NCBI RefSeq assembly: GCF_004010195.1
Contig: NC_057751.1
Location: forward strand, 16,233,267 to 16,287,904
Direction: 5' to 3'
Source: Chiloscyllium plagiosum
Taxonomy: Eukaryota
DNA: 54,638 bases
Below are positions 24,881-37,059 of the stretch, one piece after another (positions within the stretch are counted from its first letter, which is position 1; each line of letters begins with the position of its first letter). The notes below the pieces were generated by a model, which did no database searches, was not told where the DNA came from, and saw nothing but the letters and a program-made list of their open reading frames with translations. Position numbers and translations under genes: made by a program.

Positions 24881-25100
24881 GGCGGCCCAGTAGAAATTCT
24901 GCCCTTCCTGTACCTGGGCAGTGCCTACCACTCCTCTCGCAAGGACAGCCTCCAGTCTCTGGGCATCACCGCCCTCCTCAACGTCTCGTCTACCTGTCCC
25001 AACTACTTTGAGAGCACCTTCCAGTACAAGTGCATCCCGGTGGAAGACAGCCATGTGACCGACATTAGCGCCTGGTTCCGGGAGGCCATCGACTTTATCG
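24881..25100 (+). CDS. DUSP2: DUSP2 coding exon 3 (DSP catalytic domain, general-acid Asp in IPVED)
   Basis: GGPVEILPFLYLGSAYHSS...GITALLNVS...IPVEDSH..DIS.WF.EAIDFI; 220 nt; CAG/GTGAGT boundaries. Confidence 0.97.
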
Positions 25101-25651
25101 GTGAGTGGGTGGGCGTGTTGGCATCGCCGTTTTCCTGGGCAACCCGTTGGGAGGGGGGGTCGCAGATTCATCCTCGTGAGCTCCATCTGGAGGGCACCTC
25201 TCCAACCCAACGCCCCCAACCTGCGCCACTCCCTGCCCACCCCTCACGCTGAGTTATCCTGCACCTCTCTCTCCCGTCCATGCCTGGCAACCGTGCCAGC
25301 TTCCTCAATCCCTCGAGTGGAGGGAAGGGCCACTTGAGGGGGAGCCAGTGGTCTGGAGTCATGTGGAGGATGGTGTCAACCTTCCCTTGGCGGGCATGGG
25401 GAGTGGGAGACCATTTTTTTTTTTCCCGTGGCACTATGGTTGCCGGGGGCAACACTTCATTGCCAACTGCCAATGGATGAGGAGGCCCGATTTCATGACC
25501 CAAGCACTCTCCGTCTCCTTCTCTCCACGAGGTGGGCATCCACAGACTGGGGATCTCGCTGGGTACTCCGAACGGGATCGAGCCCACTTCCGGCAACCAT
25601 TAACGAGGCGTTTTTTTTCGTTTTTCTTTCCCCTCTTCCTCCCCGGTTCAG

Positions 25652-25866
25652 ACTCGGTGAAGAGCAGCGGAGGCCGGGTCTTGGTCCACTGCCAGGCGGG
25701 AATCTCCCGCTCGGCCACTATCTGCCTGGCGTACCTGATCCACACTCAGCGGCTCCCCCTGGAGGAGGCCTTCGACTTTGTCAAGCAACGGCGAGGGGTC
25801 ATCTCGCCCAACCTCGGCTTCATGGGGCAGCTGCTGCAGTTCGAGACCGAGGTGCTGTGCCGCTGA
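25652..25866 (+). CDS. DUSP2: DUSP2 coding exon 4 (active site HCQAGISRS, stop)
   Basis: VLVHCQAGISRSATICLAYL...KQRRGVISPNLGFMGQLLQFETEVLCR*. Ending right after the domain is DUSP2-like (DUSP1/4/5 have C-terminal tails). Total CDS 930 nt = 309 aa + stop. Confidence 0.95.
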
Positions 25867-26385
25867 GCGGATTGGGCGGTGGGACGGAGGCGGAGGGTTG
25901 AGACGGCCAACCCCTTCCGGAAGTTTCCGGCCGCGGCCTTCGATGGCCACCTCTCGACACGTTGCCGCCCGCTCCCCAAACTCCGGGCCTTGCTTTGCGT
26001 TGACGCAGAAGCCTCCTGTCCGTTTCCACCGACGGGGTCGGGACCAGCCAGGCGCTAATTCCCCAGTCCCCGCAACGCCGCCTCCCTGTGGTGGGGACTG
26101 GGAAAAACATTCTGACCACCCGCACTGCCTGCTCTCCAGAGCTCAGGCTCCCTGAGGAGGGGGGTTGGAAAACAGTTCAGGGAAAGCATCTGAGTGACTT
26201 TGGACTGTGTAACTGGGCAGCTGCCTCACCACGCGACAGAAAATGTGACTTGTTTCTCTGTTTTAAGGGAAAACCTACCTGCTAATTTCCTCTTGAAAGG
26301 AAAGTACTTTATAGAGAGAGAGAGATATATTTTTTTCAGATTCCCTGTTTTGTAATTGTCAGAAGGTGCACATTATCCAGATGAA

Positions 26386-26413
26386 TTATTTATTGCGTTT
26401 TTTGATAAATAAA
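26386..26413 (+). promoter_or_regulatory. DUSP2 3'UTR AU-rich nonamer and polyadenylation signal
   Basis: TTATTTATT 26386-26394; AATAAA 26408-26413, ~540 nt after the stop codon. Confidence 0.7.
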
Positions 26414-26563
26414 GTTTGCAATATTTTGTTGAACATCAATTCACTCCTGGTGCTGTTTACCAGCTCTCCCACGGTGATTGGTTGAGAATCATTGGTACCT
26501 ACGGCACACTCAGCTCTGCACTGAGGGATCGTGTCCCAGACAGAGGCCAATGAATTCTCCCAG

Positions 26564-26602
<39 letters not shown>

Positions 26603-26624
26603 TGTGTGTGTGTGTGTGTGTTCA

Positions 26625-26880
26625 GCCTTCTGTACCTTCTCCCCCCGATGGTAGAGGCTGTAGAAAAACATTGCCAGGGTGGGATGGAGCTTTGAGAATG
26701 CTGGCGGCCTTTCCCTGACCGCGGGCCTGGGAGATGGATTCTATCGATGGGAGGTTGGCCTTTGTGAGTGTCCGGGCCGGGTTCACCCTTCTCTGTAACC
26801 GTCTCCGACCTTGAATGGGTACACAGTCACCGTTACCAGGTCGGGATACGTCCAGACAGAACGCTCTCGCTGGCGCACCG
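26625..26880 (-). mobile_element. Rex1/Babar-like LINE C-terminal fragment
   Basis: RRLQRRVNPARTLTKANLPSIESI..AR...KAASILK.PSHPGNVFLQPLPSG, typical of Rex1-type RT 3' ends. Confidence 0.7.
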
Positions 26881-27116
26881 ATAAAAGTTGACGAGGGTAC
26901 TCGCCAAATTGGCATCGTGCCTTCAAATGCCAGGCTGAGAGCGTGAGAGATTAGCCTGAAGCCTGCGGGAATTCCAGGCAGCAAAGGCATGAGTGAAGGC
27001 TTCAGCTGTCGATAGGCTGAGCAATGTTACAGAGGTGGTAACGAGCATCATTACTGTTGCTCCTATTATATATTCGAGATACAAGGGTCCTAGAATAGAA
27101 TAACATTTCATTGTCA

Positions 27117-27283
27117 CGGAGGAACCTTAATTATCTGGTATTCCATTATCGAATTTTGGATTAGCCGGGAAAATGGCAAGGTCCCAAGACTTGGCAAAAC
27201 AGTGTTATCCAGCATTTGGTTATCCGATATCGATTAACCAAACGCAATACCCCTGTGTCCCTCGGATAATTGAGGTTCCTGTG
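27117..27283. mobile_element. Short Tc1/mariner (Tigger/pogo-like) MITE
   Basis: Imperfect TIRs CGGAGGAACCTTAATTATCTG / CGGATAATTGAGGTTCCTGTG; TA on the right flank, CA on the left. Confidence 0.6.
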
Positions 27284-29659
27284 TATGCTCCAATACAGGA
27301 GTATGGTGAAAAATGCATAATGTCCCCGCCACTCATGTACAGGAGCACAGTCAAAAATGTATAATGTCGCCACACATGACACCAGCGGCAAGGTACCCAG
27401 TTACAAATAGAGTCATAGAGATGTACAGCACGGAAACAGACCCTTCGGTCCAACCCGTCCATGCTGACCCAGATATCCCAACCCAATCGTATATTAGTCC
27501 CCTTCCAATTTAGGTGCAATCCGTCCTTCTGNNNNNNNNNNNNNNNNNNNNNNNNNNNNNNNNNNNNNNNNNNNNNNNNNNNNNNNNNNNNNNNNNNNNN
27601 NNNNNNNNNNNNNNNNNNNNNNNNNNNNNNNNNNNNNNNNNNNNNNNNNNNNNNNNNNNNNNNNNNNNNNNNNNNNNNNNNNNNNNNNNNNNNNNNNNNN
27701 NNNNNNNNNNNNNNNNNNNNNNNNNNNNNNNNNNNNNNNNNNNNNNNNNNNNNNNNNNNNNNNNNNNNNNNNNNNNNNNNNNNNNNNNNNNNNNNNNNNN
27801 NNNNNNNNNNNNNNNNNNNNNNNNNNNNNNNNNNNNNNNNNNNNNNNNNNNNNNNNNNNNNNNNNNNNNNNNNNNNNNNNNNNNNNNNNNNNNNNNNNNN
27901 NNNNNNNNNNNNNNNNNNNNNNNNNNNNNNNNNNNNNNNNNNNNNNNNNNNNNNNNNNNNNNNNNNNNNNNNNNNNNNNNNNNNNNNNNNNNNNNNNNNN
28001 NNNNNNNNNNNNNNNNNNNNNNNNNNNNNNNACGCAGCCATTGTAAATTATGCGGTCAATTCTTGCAAATTTACTTTGCGATACAAGGACACTTGGGTAA
28101 TGGCCAAAATGGGCTACGCATTCTCTCTAATGTGGCTAGCAATTTCTGACTGAAATTTTGGAGACAGTCATGTTGAAGATATTAATCTTCTAATTAATAT
28201 CCCATGGCTCAGTGATAAGCGAGATGAGAAGTTAACATTTAGTCATTTCATGTACATTTTAAATCTTTCTTGATGGTTTCCTGTGTGTTGACACTGTACC
28301 AGTTGCAGTAAAACATGTACTGTCCCAATAATGCACTGAATTATTGTGCTGTACTGTTGTTTTCATGGCTGTGAGACTATATTGACATAACTAGATATTT
28401 TGATTAAACTTTAACTACACTTTAATAGGACATTCTAACAAACTTTATTCTGAGAAGTGAGTCAGGCTGTCCGTGAATAGCTGAATTTCCATTAATGAAG
28501 ACTGAATAAAAACAGCAATATCCAAATGTACAATATAACCCTAGCAGTCAAACAGTTATCCTTGTTCCAGTTTATCTGCCCTGTTCCCATATCCTCATAT
28601 TCCCATTTTCCTTCAATCACCGGCCTATCTCATGTTTTCACATTAACTCCAGGGTACATTCCACTGTCGCACGAGCCTCAGTGTTAACAGGTCCCTGGAT
28701 CGGGCGTTATTCAAATGCATTCAAATATTCACATCCAAAGTGAACAAAGGTTGACCCAGAACAAAGCCAACATCTCGCTAATGTCGTTGCTACCAATGAA
28801 CAACGCAGAGAAAGTGAGGCCTGCGGATCAGAGTCGAGAGTGTGGGCGCTGGAAAAGCACAGCAGGTCAGGCAGCAGCCGAGGGAGCAGGACCGTTTCGG
28901 GCGTCAAGCCCTTCAGCAGGAACGAGAACTCGAAACGTCGACTCTCCTGCTTCTCGGACGCTGCCTGACCTGCTGCGCATTTTCCAGCAGCCCACACTCT
29001 CGGCACCAGTGCGGCACACCCCCTCTCTCGGAGTGGTTCTGCATCTGACCGTTGTAAATTAAACAGAAAATTGTTTCCAAAAATTCTACCCTTGCACATC
29101 GCTGTGTAGTTTCTTCATAATGTAGTTGCAGTCTCGAAAAATGCCAAATAATTCTTTTGTCGGAGAGTGACCACGAAAAAAAAGGGTGCTGGACATGGTT
29201 TGCAAAATGTTACAACATATACCAAATACTATGTGCAGATAAAACCCTTAACAGTATTTTCATTGAACAATGCTTTGGAAGAAAATGATTTCTTTACAAG
29301 AGACAGTAAACCTCCTGATTTTGCGAATTTATTTTTATATATACACATATGAATGTTCCTGTTCTCTTACACTGCTCACATTACTTTTGGAGTGCTTTCA
29401 AATACAGGGACTAAATTATCTGGAAAATTTGAGACAATTCTGCTATTGAAGTACCAAAACGCGCCTGGCATTTCTTACCCATCTCTGAGCGGGTGTAAGA
29501 CAGCACCCTAGCCCAGGACGGGCTGGGGTTAATGGGCGCACTAAATGGTGCCCGTTAAACTGGGCACCCCCGATTTGAGCAGCCCGAAATAAAGGCGGAG
29601 ACTGTGGGCCAGATGTCAGGCAGGGTACGCCTGGGATGTGTACAATAGAATCCCAACAG

Positions 29660-30360
29660 CCATGCGGCCCATCGAGTCCAGACCAACCCTTCGAAGATCA
29701 TCCCACCCAAACCAATCCCTGTAACCCTGCATTTCTCATGGCTAACCCACCCTAACCTGCATATCCCTGAACACTATGGGGCAATTTAGCATGGCCAATC
29801 CACCCTAACCTGCACATCCCTGAGCACTATGGGTAATTTAGCATGGCCAATCCACCCTAACCTGCACATCCCCGGACACTATGGGTAATTTTAGCATGGC
29901 CAATCCTCCCTAACCTGCACATCCCTGAGCACTATGGGTAATTTAGCATGGCCAATCCACCCTAACCTGCACATCCCNNNNNNNNNNNNNNNNNNNNNNN
30001 NNNNNNNNNNNNNNNNNNNNNNNNNNNNNNNNNNNNNNNNNNNNNNNNNNNNNNNNNNNNNNNNNNNNNNNNNNNNNNNNNNNNNNNNNNNNNNNNNNNN
30101 NNNNNNNNNNNNNNNNNNNNNNNNNNNNNNNNNNNNNNNNNNNNNNNNNNNNNNNNNNNNNNNNNNNNNNNNNNNNNNNNNNNNNNNNNNNNNNNNNNNN
30201 NNNNNNNNNNNNNNNNNNNNNNNNNNNNNNNNNNNNNNNNNNNNNNNNNNNNNNNNGGAGAAGGTGCAAACTCCCCACAGGCAGACAGTCGCCCAAGGGT
30301 GGAATCGAACCTGAGTCCCTGGTGCCGTGCGGCAGCAGTGCAAACCACTGAGTCACCGTG
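29660..30360 (-). mobile_element. HE1-like SINE with 52-bp array spanning a gap (second copy 33908-34412)
   Basis: Tail at ~29660, units to 29977, head 30257-30360. Confidence 0.8.
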
Positions 30361-31815
30361 CAAAGTGCTGATCAATGCAGACATGTGTAAAGATTGGTTC
30401 CAGTTCTATCCTTCATCAAGTGGCTTTGAGAACAGCAGATGACTTACTTGTCTTGTGCACTTCGGCCACCTGGGTGAAATACTGCTCCCTCCACTGGATC
30501 CAACTTTGGCACCAATCCTCAGGAAGGATGTGACGGCACTGGTAGGGGGCACAGAAAAGATCATCCCAGAAGGCCCCGGGGCTGGGAAAGGTCAGAATAC
30601 AAGGACGAGAAGGTCGAGGGGTGATTTGATTACAAATGTCCAAAATGATCAGGATATCGAGGCGTGCTGTAGGTAGATAGTTCCTTGAAAGTGATCTCAC
30701 AGAGAGGGTGGTGAAGAAGGCCTTTATTGGTCAGCGCACTACCAATGGGAGTTGGGAGGTCATGCTGCATAAGTACAGGACATTGGCTCGGCCATTTTTG
30801 GAGCACTGTGTGCAATTCTGGTCTCGCTGATCCAGAAAGGATTATATTAACCTAGAAGGAGTGCAGAAACGATTTACTTGCAGGCTACCTAGACTGGAAA
30901 GCTTGAGTTATAAGGAAAGGCTGGGCCTATTTTCCCCGCAGCGTTGTAAACTGAAGGGTCTATAAAATGATGAGAGGCGCAGAGAAGGGAGATCACTGAC
31001 AGCTTTTCCCCAGGGTAGGGGAGTCAAAAAATAGAGGGGAATAGGTTTCAGGTGAGAGATACAAAAGAGGCTAGAGGGGCAATTTTATTTCACACGGAGG
31101 GTGGGGAGTGTCTGGAACAGGCTGCCAGAGATAGAGAAACATTTGGACAGGTACATGGACAGGATAGGGACAGAGGGATATGGACCAAACCCAGGCGAAT
31201 GGGACTGGACGTATTGTGAAAACTGGGCAGCATGGAGAAGTTGGGCTGAAGGGTCTGTTTCCATACTGTAGATCGCACTGGCTCTGAGCTGAGGGAATCC
31301 GTCGGTGGGCACCGTGAGCTGCTGGGATCTGGAACTGGCCAATTCCATCGGGACTTGGGTAAGTGCGGCGGAGTGGGGAGGAACATTCGCAGGGATTTGG
31401 GGAAGGAACAGTTTGAGGTTACGGTGGAGGGCAGTTCTTGGCAGCAAGCAGGTGTACAAAGGGCAGAAGTGCCTCCTTTGTGCCCCACTGTGATGCCACC
31501 CAGCTGAGAAGATGCCAACAGACAGCCTGTGCATGTAGTGGTGTTGTGCAAGGCTCTGGGAGGGGGGGGGGGGGGCGGGCGGACATGCTCTGATATTGGA
31601 TCCCGGGATCAGTGTTGTGTCTCTGGACCGGGAGCTGGGAATTTCTGGGGATTCGGCTCAGTGAGAATTTCAAACAGTGACAGTTTTTGCCTGGGAGGGC
31701 CGCTAGCTGGATTGGGGGAGGAACATTCGGGACCCCTGGCCAGTAGCTCGAGCTGGGGGAACCTGGTTCAAATCCCCACATCGCCCCCGCCTTTGTCTTT
31801 GTACAGAAACAGGCA

Positions 31816-32081
31816 TTAAAAGGAAGTGACGGTGGGGAGAGTGTCCGTGAGAGCTCCGACTGAGTCAGATCCTTTCTCCGATGAGCTTTCTGTCTCTCCG
31901 GGTGCTGTATGTTCCTCTGTCCAAGTTGATCCATTACATCGTGTCGTTGAGTTGGCTTTCTTGTCTTCAGCAGATCCCTCGTAGCCAAAGTTATGAAAGC
32001 AACCATTTAGATACGTCTTATCGGGCCGGGATTCCTTAACAGTCTGCTGTTGCAGCAATGGGGCACTTTTGATGCCTGGTC
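31816..32081 (-). CDS. NPC1L1: NPC1L1 terminal exon, distal undeleted copy
   Basis: Same acceptor; G-P start as in GPDVN of orthologues; YLNGCF resembles the YVNxxF motif; open to ...LPTVTSF*. Confidence 0.75.
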
Positions 32082-32144
32082 CTGGAAACATAGAGACAGT
32101 TTGTTGTTGGAGCGTGAAGTGTTTTGGTCTCCACCCAACTGCAT

Positions 32145-33575
32145 GAGTTTAATTTCGGATAAATGTGAGGTGCTGCACTGTGGAAAGGCAAATCAAGGCA
32201 AGACTTATACACTTAACAGTAGCTCAGTGGGCGTGTTGCTGAACAAGGAGACCTTGGAGTGCAGCTTCATAGCTCCTTGAAAGTGGAGTCGCAGCTAGAT
32301 AGGATAGTGAAGGCAGCGTTTGGTATGCTTTCCTTTATTGGTCAGAGTATTGAGTACAGGAGTTGGGAGGTCATGTTGCAGCTGGACAGGACATAGGTTA
32401 GGCCACTTTTGAAATATTATGTGCAATTCTGCTCTGGATGGATGTTGTGAAACTTGGAAGGGTTCAGCAAAGATTGACAAGGATGTTGCCAGGGTTGGAG
32501 GGTTTGAGCTACAGGGAGAGGCTGAACAGGCTGGGGCTGTTTTCCCTGGAGCGTCGGAGGCTGAGGAGTGACCTTATAGAGGTTTACAAAATTATGAGGG
32601 GCCATAGGTAGGGTAAATAGACTAGGTATTTTCCCTGAGGTGGGGGAGTCTAGAATTATAGGGACATGGGGTGAGAGGGGAAAGATATAAAAGAGACCTA
32701 AGGGGCAACTTTTTCATGCAGAGGGTGGTACGTGTATGGAACGAGCTGCCAGAGGAAGTGGTGGAGGCTGGTACAATTACAACATTTAAGAGGCATTTGG
32801 ATGGGTATATGAATAGGAAGGGTTTGGAGGGATATGGGCCGGCCGCTGGCAGGTGGGACTAGATTGGGTTGGGATGTCTGGGTCGGCATGGACGGGTTGG
32901 ACCGAAGGGTCTGTTTCCGTGCTGTGCATCTCTCTGACTGAGTCCAGCACTGACCTTAGAGTGCAGGTTCATAGCTCCTTGAAAGTGGAGTCGCAGGTAG
33001 ATAGGATAGTGAAGGCAGCGTTTGGTATGCTTTCCTTTATTGGTCAGAGTACTGAGTACAGGAGTTGGGAGGTCATGTTGCGGCTGTACAGGACATTTCA
33101 ATTTAATGTTTTCAATTTAACGTTACAGCTGTAGAAAACTTGAGTCAGGTCACATTTGGAATATTGCGTCCAGCTCTGATCGCCACACTACCAGAAGGAT
33201 CTGGATGTTTTGGAGAGGGTGCAGAGACCAGTCTGGAGTTATGAGGAAAGGTTGGTTAAATTTGGACTGTTTTCACTGAAAAGACGGAGGTTGAGGGGCG
33301 ACCTGATAAAAGGTCGACACAATTATTGATAGAGAGGGGCTTCTTGTCAGGGTGGAAAGGTCAACCACTAGAGGGCACAGGTTCAACGTGAGAGGGGGAC
33401 AGCTTAGGGGAAAAGTGCAGGGAAGCTTTTCACCCAAAGGGAAACGTGGAGGGGGTGGAAGCAGGCACATTAGCGACGCTTAAGGTGTATCGTGATAGGG
33501 GCAGAGAGTCACACAGCATGGACGGGTTGGACCGAGGGGCCTGTTTCCGTGCTGTACATCTCTATAACTCTATGA
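32145..33575 (+). mobile_element. CR1/HER1-like LINE fragments (tandem)
   Basis: Same motifs, interrupted; a second fragment restarts at ~32953. Confidence 0.88.
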
Positions 33576-35660
33576 CATCTATAGGGTCAGCCCTCAACCT
33601 CCAGTGAACAAAGTCCCAGCCTCTCTTTATGATTAAACCCTCCATTCCCGGCAACATCCCGGGAAATCGCTTCTGAACTCTCTTCAGCTTGACAATATCC
33701 TTCCTATAACAGACCATTCAGACACATGAGCAAGAGGTGAACAGTGGGATGGAAACTGCGTATGGGAAATAAGTGGTGGGTCTCAGTGAGGATTAGGGAG
33801 CAGTGCAGGAAGCCGTAGGGCCTGTTCCAGTGCTGTTATTAAGTTGTGGTCAAAAAGTGTGGTGCTGGGAAAGCACAGCAAGTCAGGCAGCAGCTGACAA
33901 GCAGGAGCTGCACATCCCTGAGCACTATGGGTAATTTAGCATGGCCAATTCACCCTAAGCTGCACATCCCTGAGCACTATGGGTAATTTAGCATGGCCAA
34001 TTCACCCTAAGCTGCACATCCCTGAGCACTATGGGTAATTTAGCATGGCCAATCCACCCTAACCTGCACATCCCTGAGCACTATGGGTAATTTAGCATGG
34101 CCAATTCACCCTAAGCTGCACATCCCTGAGCACTATGGGTAATTTAGCATGGTCAATTCACCCTAACTTGCACATCCCTGGTCACCACGGGGAAATCGAA
34201 CATGTCCAATCCACCCTAACATGCACATCCCTGGTCACCATGGGGAAATCGAACATGTCCAATCCACCCTAACATGCATGTCTTTGGATCAAATCCACGC
34301 AGACACGGGGAGAAGGTGCAAACTCCCCACAGGCAGACAGTCGCCCAAGGGTGGAATCGAACCTGAGTCCCTGGTGCCGTGAGGCAGCAGTGCAAACCAC
34401 TGAGTCACCGTGCAAAGTGCTGATCAATGCAGACATGTGTAAAGATTGGTTCCAGTTCTATCCTTCATCAAGTGGCTTTGAGAACAGCAGATGACTTACT
34501 TGTCTTGTGCACTTCGGCCACCTGGGTGAAATACTGCTCCCTCCACTGGATCCAACTTTGGCACCAATCCTCAGGAAGGATGTGACGGCACTGGTAGGGG
34601 GCACAGAAAAGATCATCCCAGAAGGCCCCGGGGCTGGGAAAGGTCAGAATACAAGGACGAGAAGGTCGAGGGGTGATTTGATTACAAATGTCCAAAATGA
34701 TCAGGATATCGAGGCGTGCTGCAGGTAGATAGTTCCTTGAAAGTGATCTCACAGAGAGGGTGGTGAAGAAGGCCTTTATTGGTCAGCGCCCTGCCAATGG
34801 GAGTTGGGAGGTCATGCTGCATAAGTACAGGACATTGGCTCGGCCATTTTTGGAGCACTGTGTGCAATTCTGGTCTCGCTGATCCAGAAAGGATTATATT
34901 AACCTAGAAGGAGTGCAGAAACGATTTACTTGCAGGCTACCTAGACTGGAAAGCTTGAGTTATAAGGAAAGGCTGGGCCTATTTTCCCCGCAGCGTTGTA
35001 AACTGAAGGGTCTATAAAATGATGAGAGGCGCAGAGAAGGGAGATCACTGACAGCTTTTCCCCAGGGTAGGGGAGTCAAAAAATAGAGGGGAATAGGTTT
35101 CAGGTGAGAGATACAAAAGAGGCTAGAGGGGCAATTTTATTTCACACGGAGGGTGGGGAGTGTCTGGGACAGGCTGCCAGAGATAGAGAAACATTTGGAC
35201 AGGTACATGGACAGGATAGGGACAGAGGGATATGGACCAAACCCAGGCGAATGGGACTGGACGTATTGTGAAAACTGGGCAGCATGGAGAAGTTGGGCTG
35301 AAGGGTCTGTTTCCATACTGTAGATCGCACTGGCTCTGAGCTGAGGGAATCCGTCGGTGGGCACCGTGAGCTGCTGGGATCTGGAACTGGCCAATTCCAT
35401 CGGGACTTGGGTAAGTGCGGCGGAGTGGGGAGGAACATTCGCAGGGATTTGGGGAAGGAACAGTTTGAGGTTACGGTGGAGGGCAGTTCTTGGCAGCAAG
35501 CAGGTGTACAAAGGGCAGAAGTGCCTCCTTTGTGCCCCACTGTGATGCCACCCAGCTGAGAAGATGCCAACAGACAGCCTGTGCATGTAGTGGTGTTGTG
35601 CAAGGCTCTGGGAGGGGGGGGGGGGGGCGGGCGGACATGCTCTGATATTGGATCCCGGGA

Positions 35661-35908
35661 TCAGTGTTGTGTCTCTGGACCGGGAGCTGGGAATTTCTGG
35701 GGATTCGGCTCAGTGAGAATTTCAAACAGTGACAGTTTTTGCCTGGGAGGGCCGCTAGCTGGATTGGGTGTCGTTGAGTTGGCTTTCTTGTCTTCAGCAG
35801 ATCCCTCGTAGCCAAAGTTATGAAAGCAACCATTTAGATACGTCTTATCGGGCCGGGATTCCTTAACAGTCTGCTGTTGCAGCAATGGGGCACTTTTGAT
35901 GCCTGGTC
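35661..35908 (-). CDS. NPC1L1: NPC1L1 terminal exon, proximal duplicate (225-bp deletion, altered C-terminus)
   Basis: TTTCCAG acceptor, phase 1; GPGIKSAPLLQQQ...YLNGCF...NSTT then PNPASG...ETQH* read from former 3'UTR sequence. Confidence 0.6.
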
Positions 35909-35969
35909 CTGGAAACATAGAGACAGTTTGTTGTTGGAGCGTGAAGTGTTTTGGTCTCCACCCAACTGC

Positions 35970-36785
35970 ATGAGTTTAATTTCGGATAAATGTGAGGTGC
36001 TGCACTGTGGAAAGGCAAATCAAGGCGAGACTTATACACTTAATAGTAGCTCAGTGGGAGTGTTGCTGAACAAGGAGACCTTGGAGTGCAGCTTCATAGC
36101 TCCTTGAAAGTGGAATCGCAGGTAGATAGGATAGTGAAGGCAGCGTTTGGTATGCTTTCCTTTATTGGTCAGAGTATTGAGTACAGGAGTTGGGAGGTCA
36201 TGTTGCGGCTGTACAGGACATTGGTGAGGCCGCTGTTGGAATATTGCGTGCAGTTCTGGTCTCCCTGCTGGAGGCAGGACTTTGTGAAACTTGAGAGGAT
36301 TCGGAAAAGATTTACAAGGATGTTGCCAGGGTTGGAGGGTTTGACCAAAAGGGAGAGGTCGAATAGGCTGGGGCTGTTTTCCCTGGAGCGTCGGAGGCTG
36401 AGGGGTGACCTTATAGAGGTTTATAAAATTATGAGGAGCCTGAATACGGTAAATAGACAAGGTCTTTTCCCTGGGATGGGGGAGTCCAGAACTAGAGGTC
36501 ATAGGTTTATGGCGAGAGGGCAAAGATATAAAAGAAACAGGAAGGGCAACTTTTTCCTGCACAGGGTGGTACGTGTATGGAATGAGCTGCCAGAGGAAGT
36601 GGTGAAGGCTGGTACAATTGCAACATTTAAGAGGCATTTGGATGGGCATATGAATAGGAAGGGTTTGGAGGGATATGGGCCGGGTGCTGGCAGGTGGGAC
36701 TAGATTGGGTTGGGAATATCTGGGTCAGCATGGACAAGTTGGACCGAGGGGCCTGTTTCCGTGCTGTACATCTCTATAACTCTAT
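35970..36785 (+). mobile_element. CR1/HER1-like LINE 3' fragment (RT C-terminus open 36086-36703)
   Basis: LYRTLVRPLLEYCVQFWSP...[20 protein letters not shown]...TRGH...FF..RVVRVWNELP, followed by 3'UTR. Confidence 0.92.
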
Positions 36786-37059
36786 GACATCTATAGGGTC
36801 AGCCCTCAACCTCCAGTGAACAAAGTCCCAGCCTCTCTTTATGATTAAACCCTCCATTCCCGGCAACATCCCGGGAAATCGCTTCTGAACTCTCTTCAGC
36901 TTGACAATATCCTTCCTATAACAGAGCATTCAGACACATGAGCAAGAGGTGAACAGTGGGATGGAAATTGCGTATGGGAAATAAGTGGTGGGTCTCAGTG
37001 AGGATTAGGAAGCAGTGCAGGAAGCCGTAGGGCCTGTTTCAGTGCTGTTATTAAATTGT

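Noticed and set aside
21821..25866. Alternative calls DUSP1, DUSP4 or DUSP5
   Set aside because: The protein stops at ...QFETEVLCR (309 aa) with no C-terminal extension, matching DUSP2.
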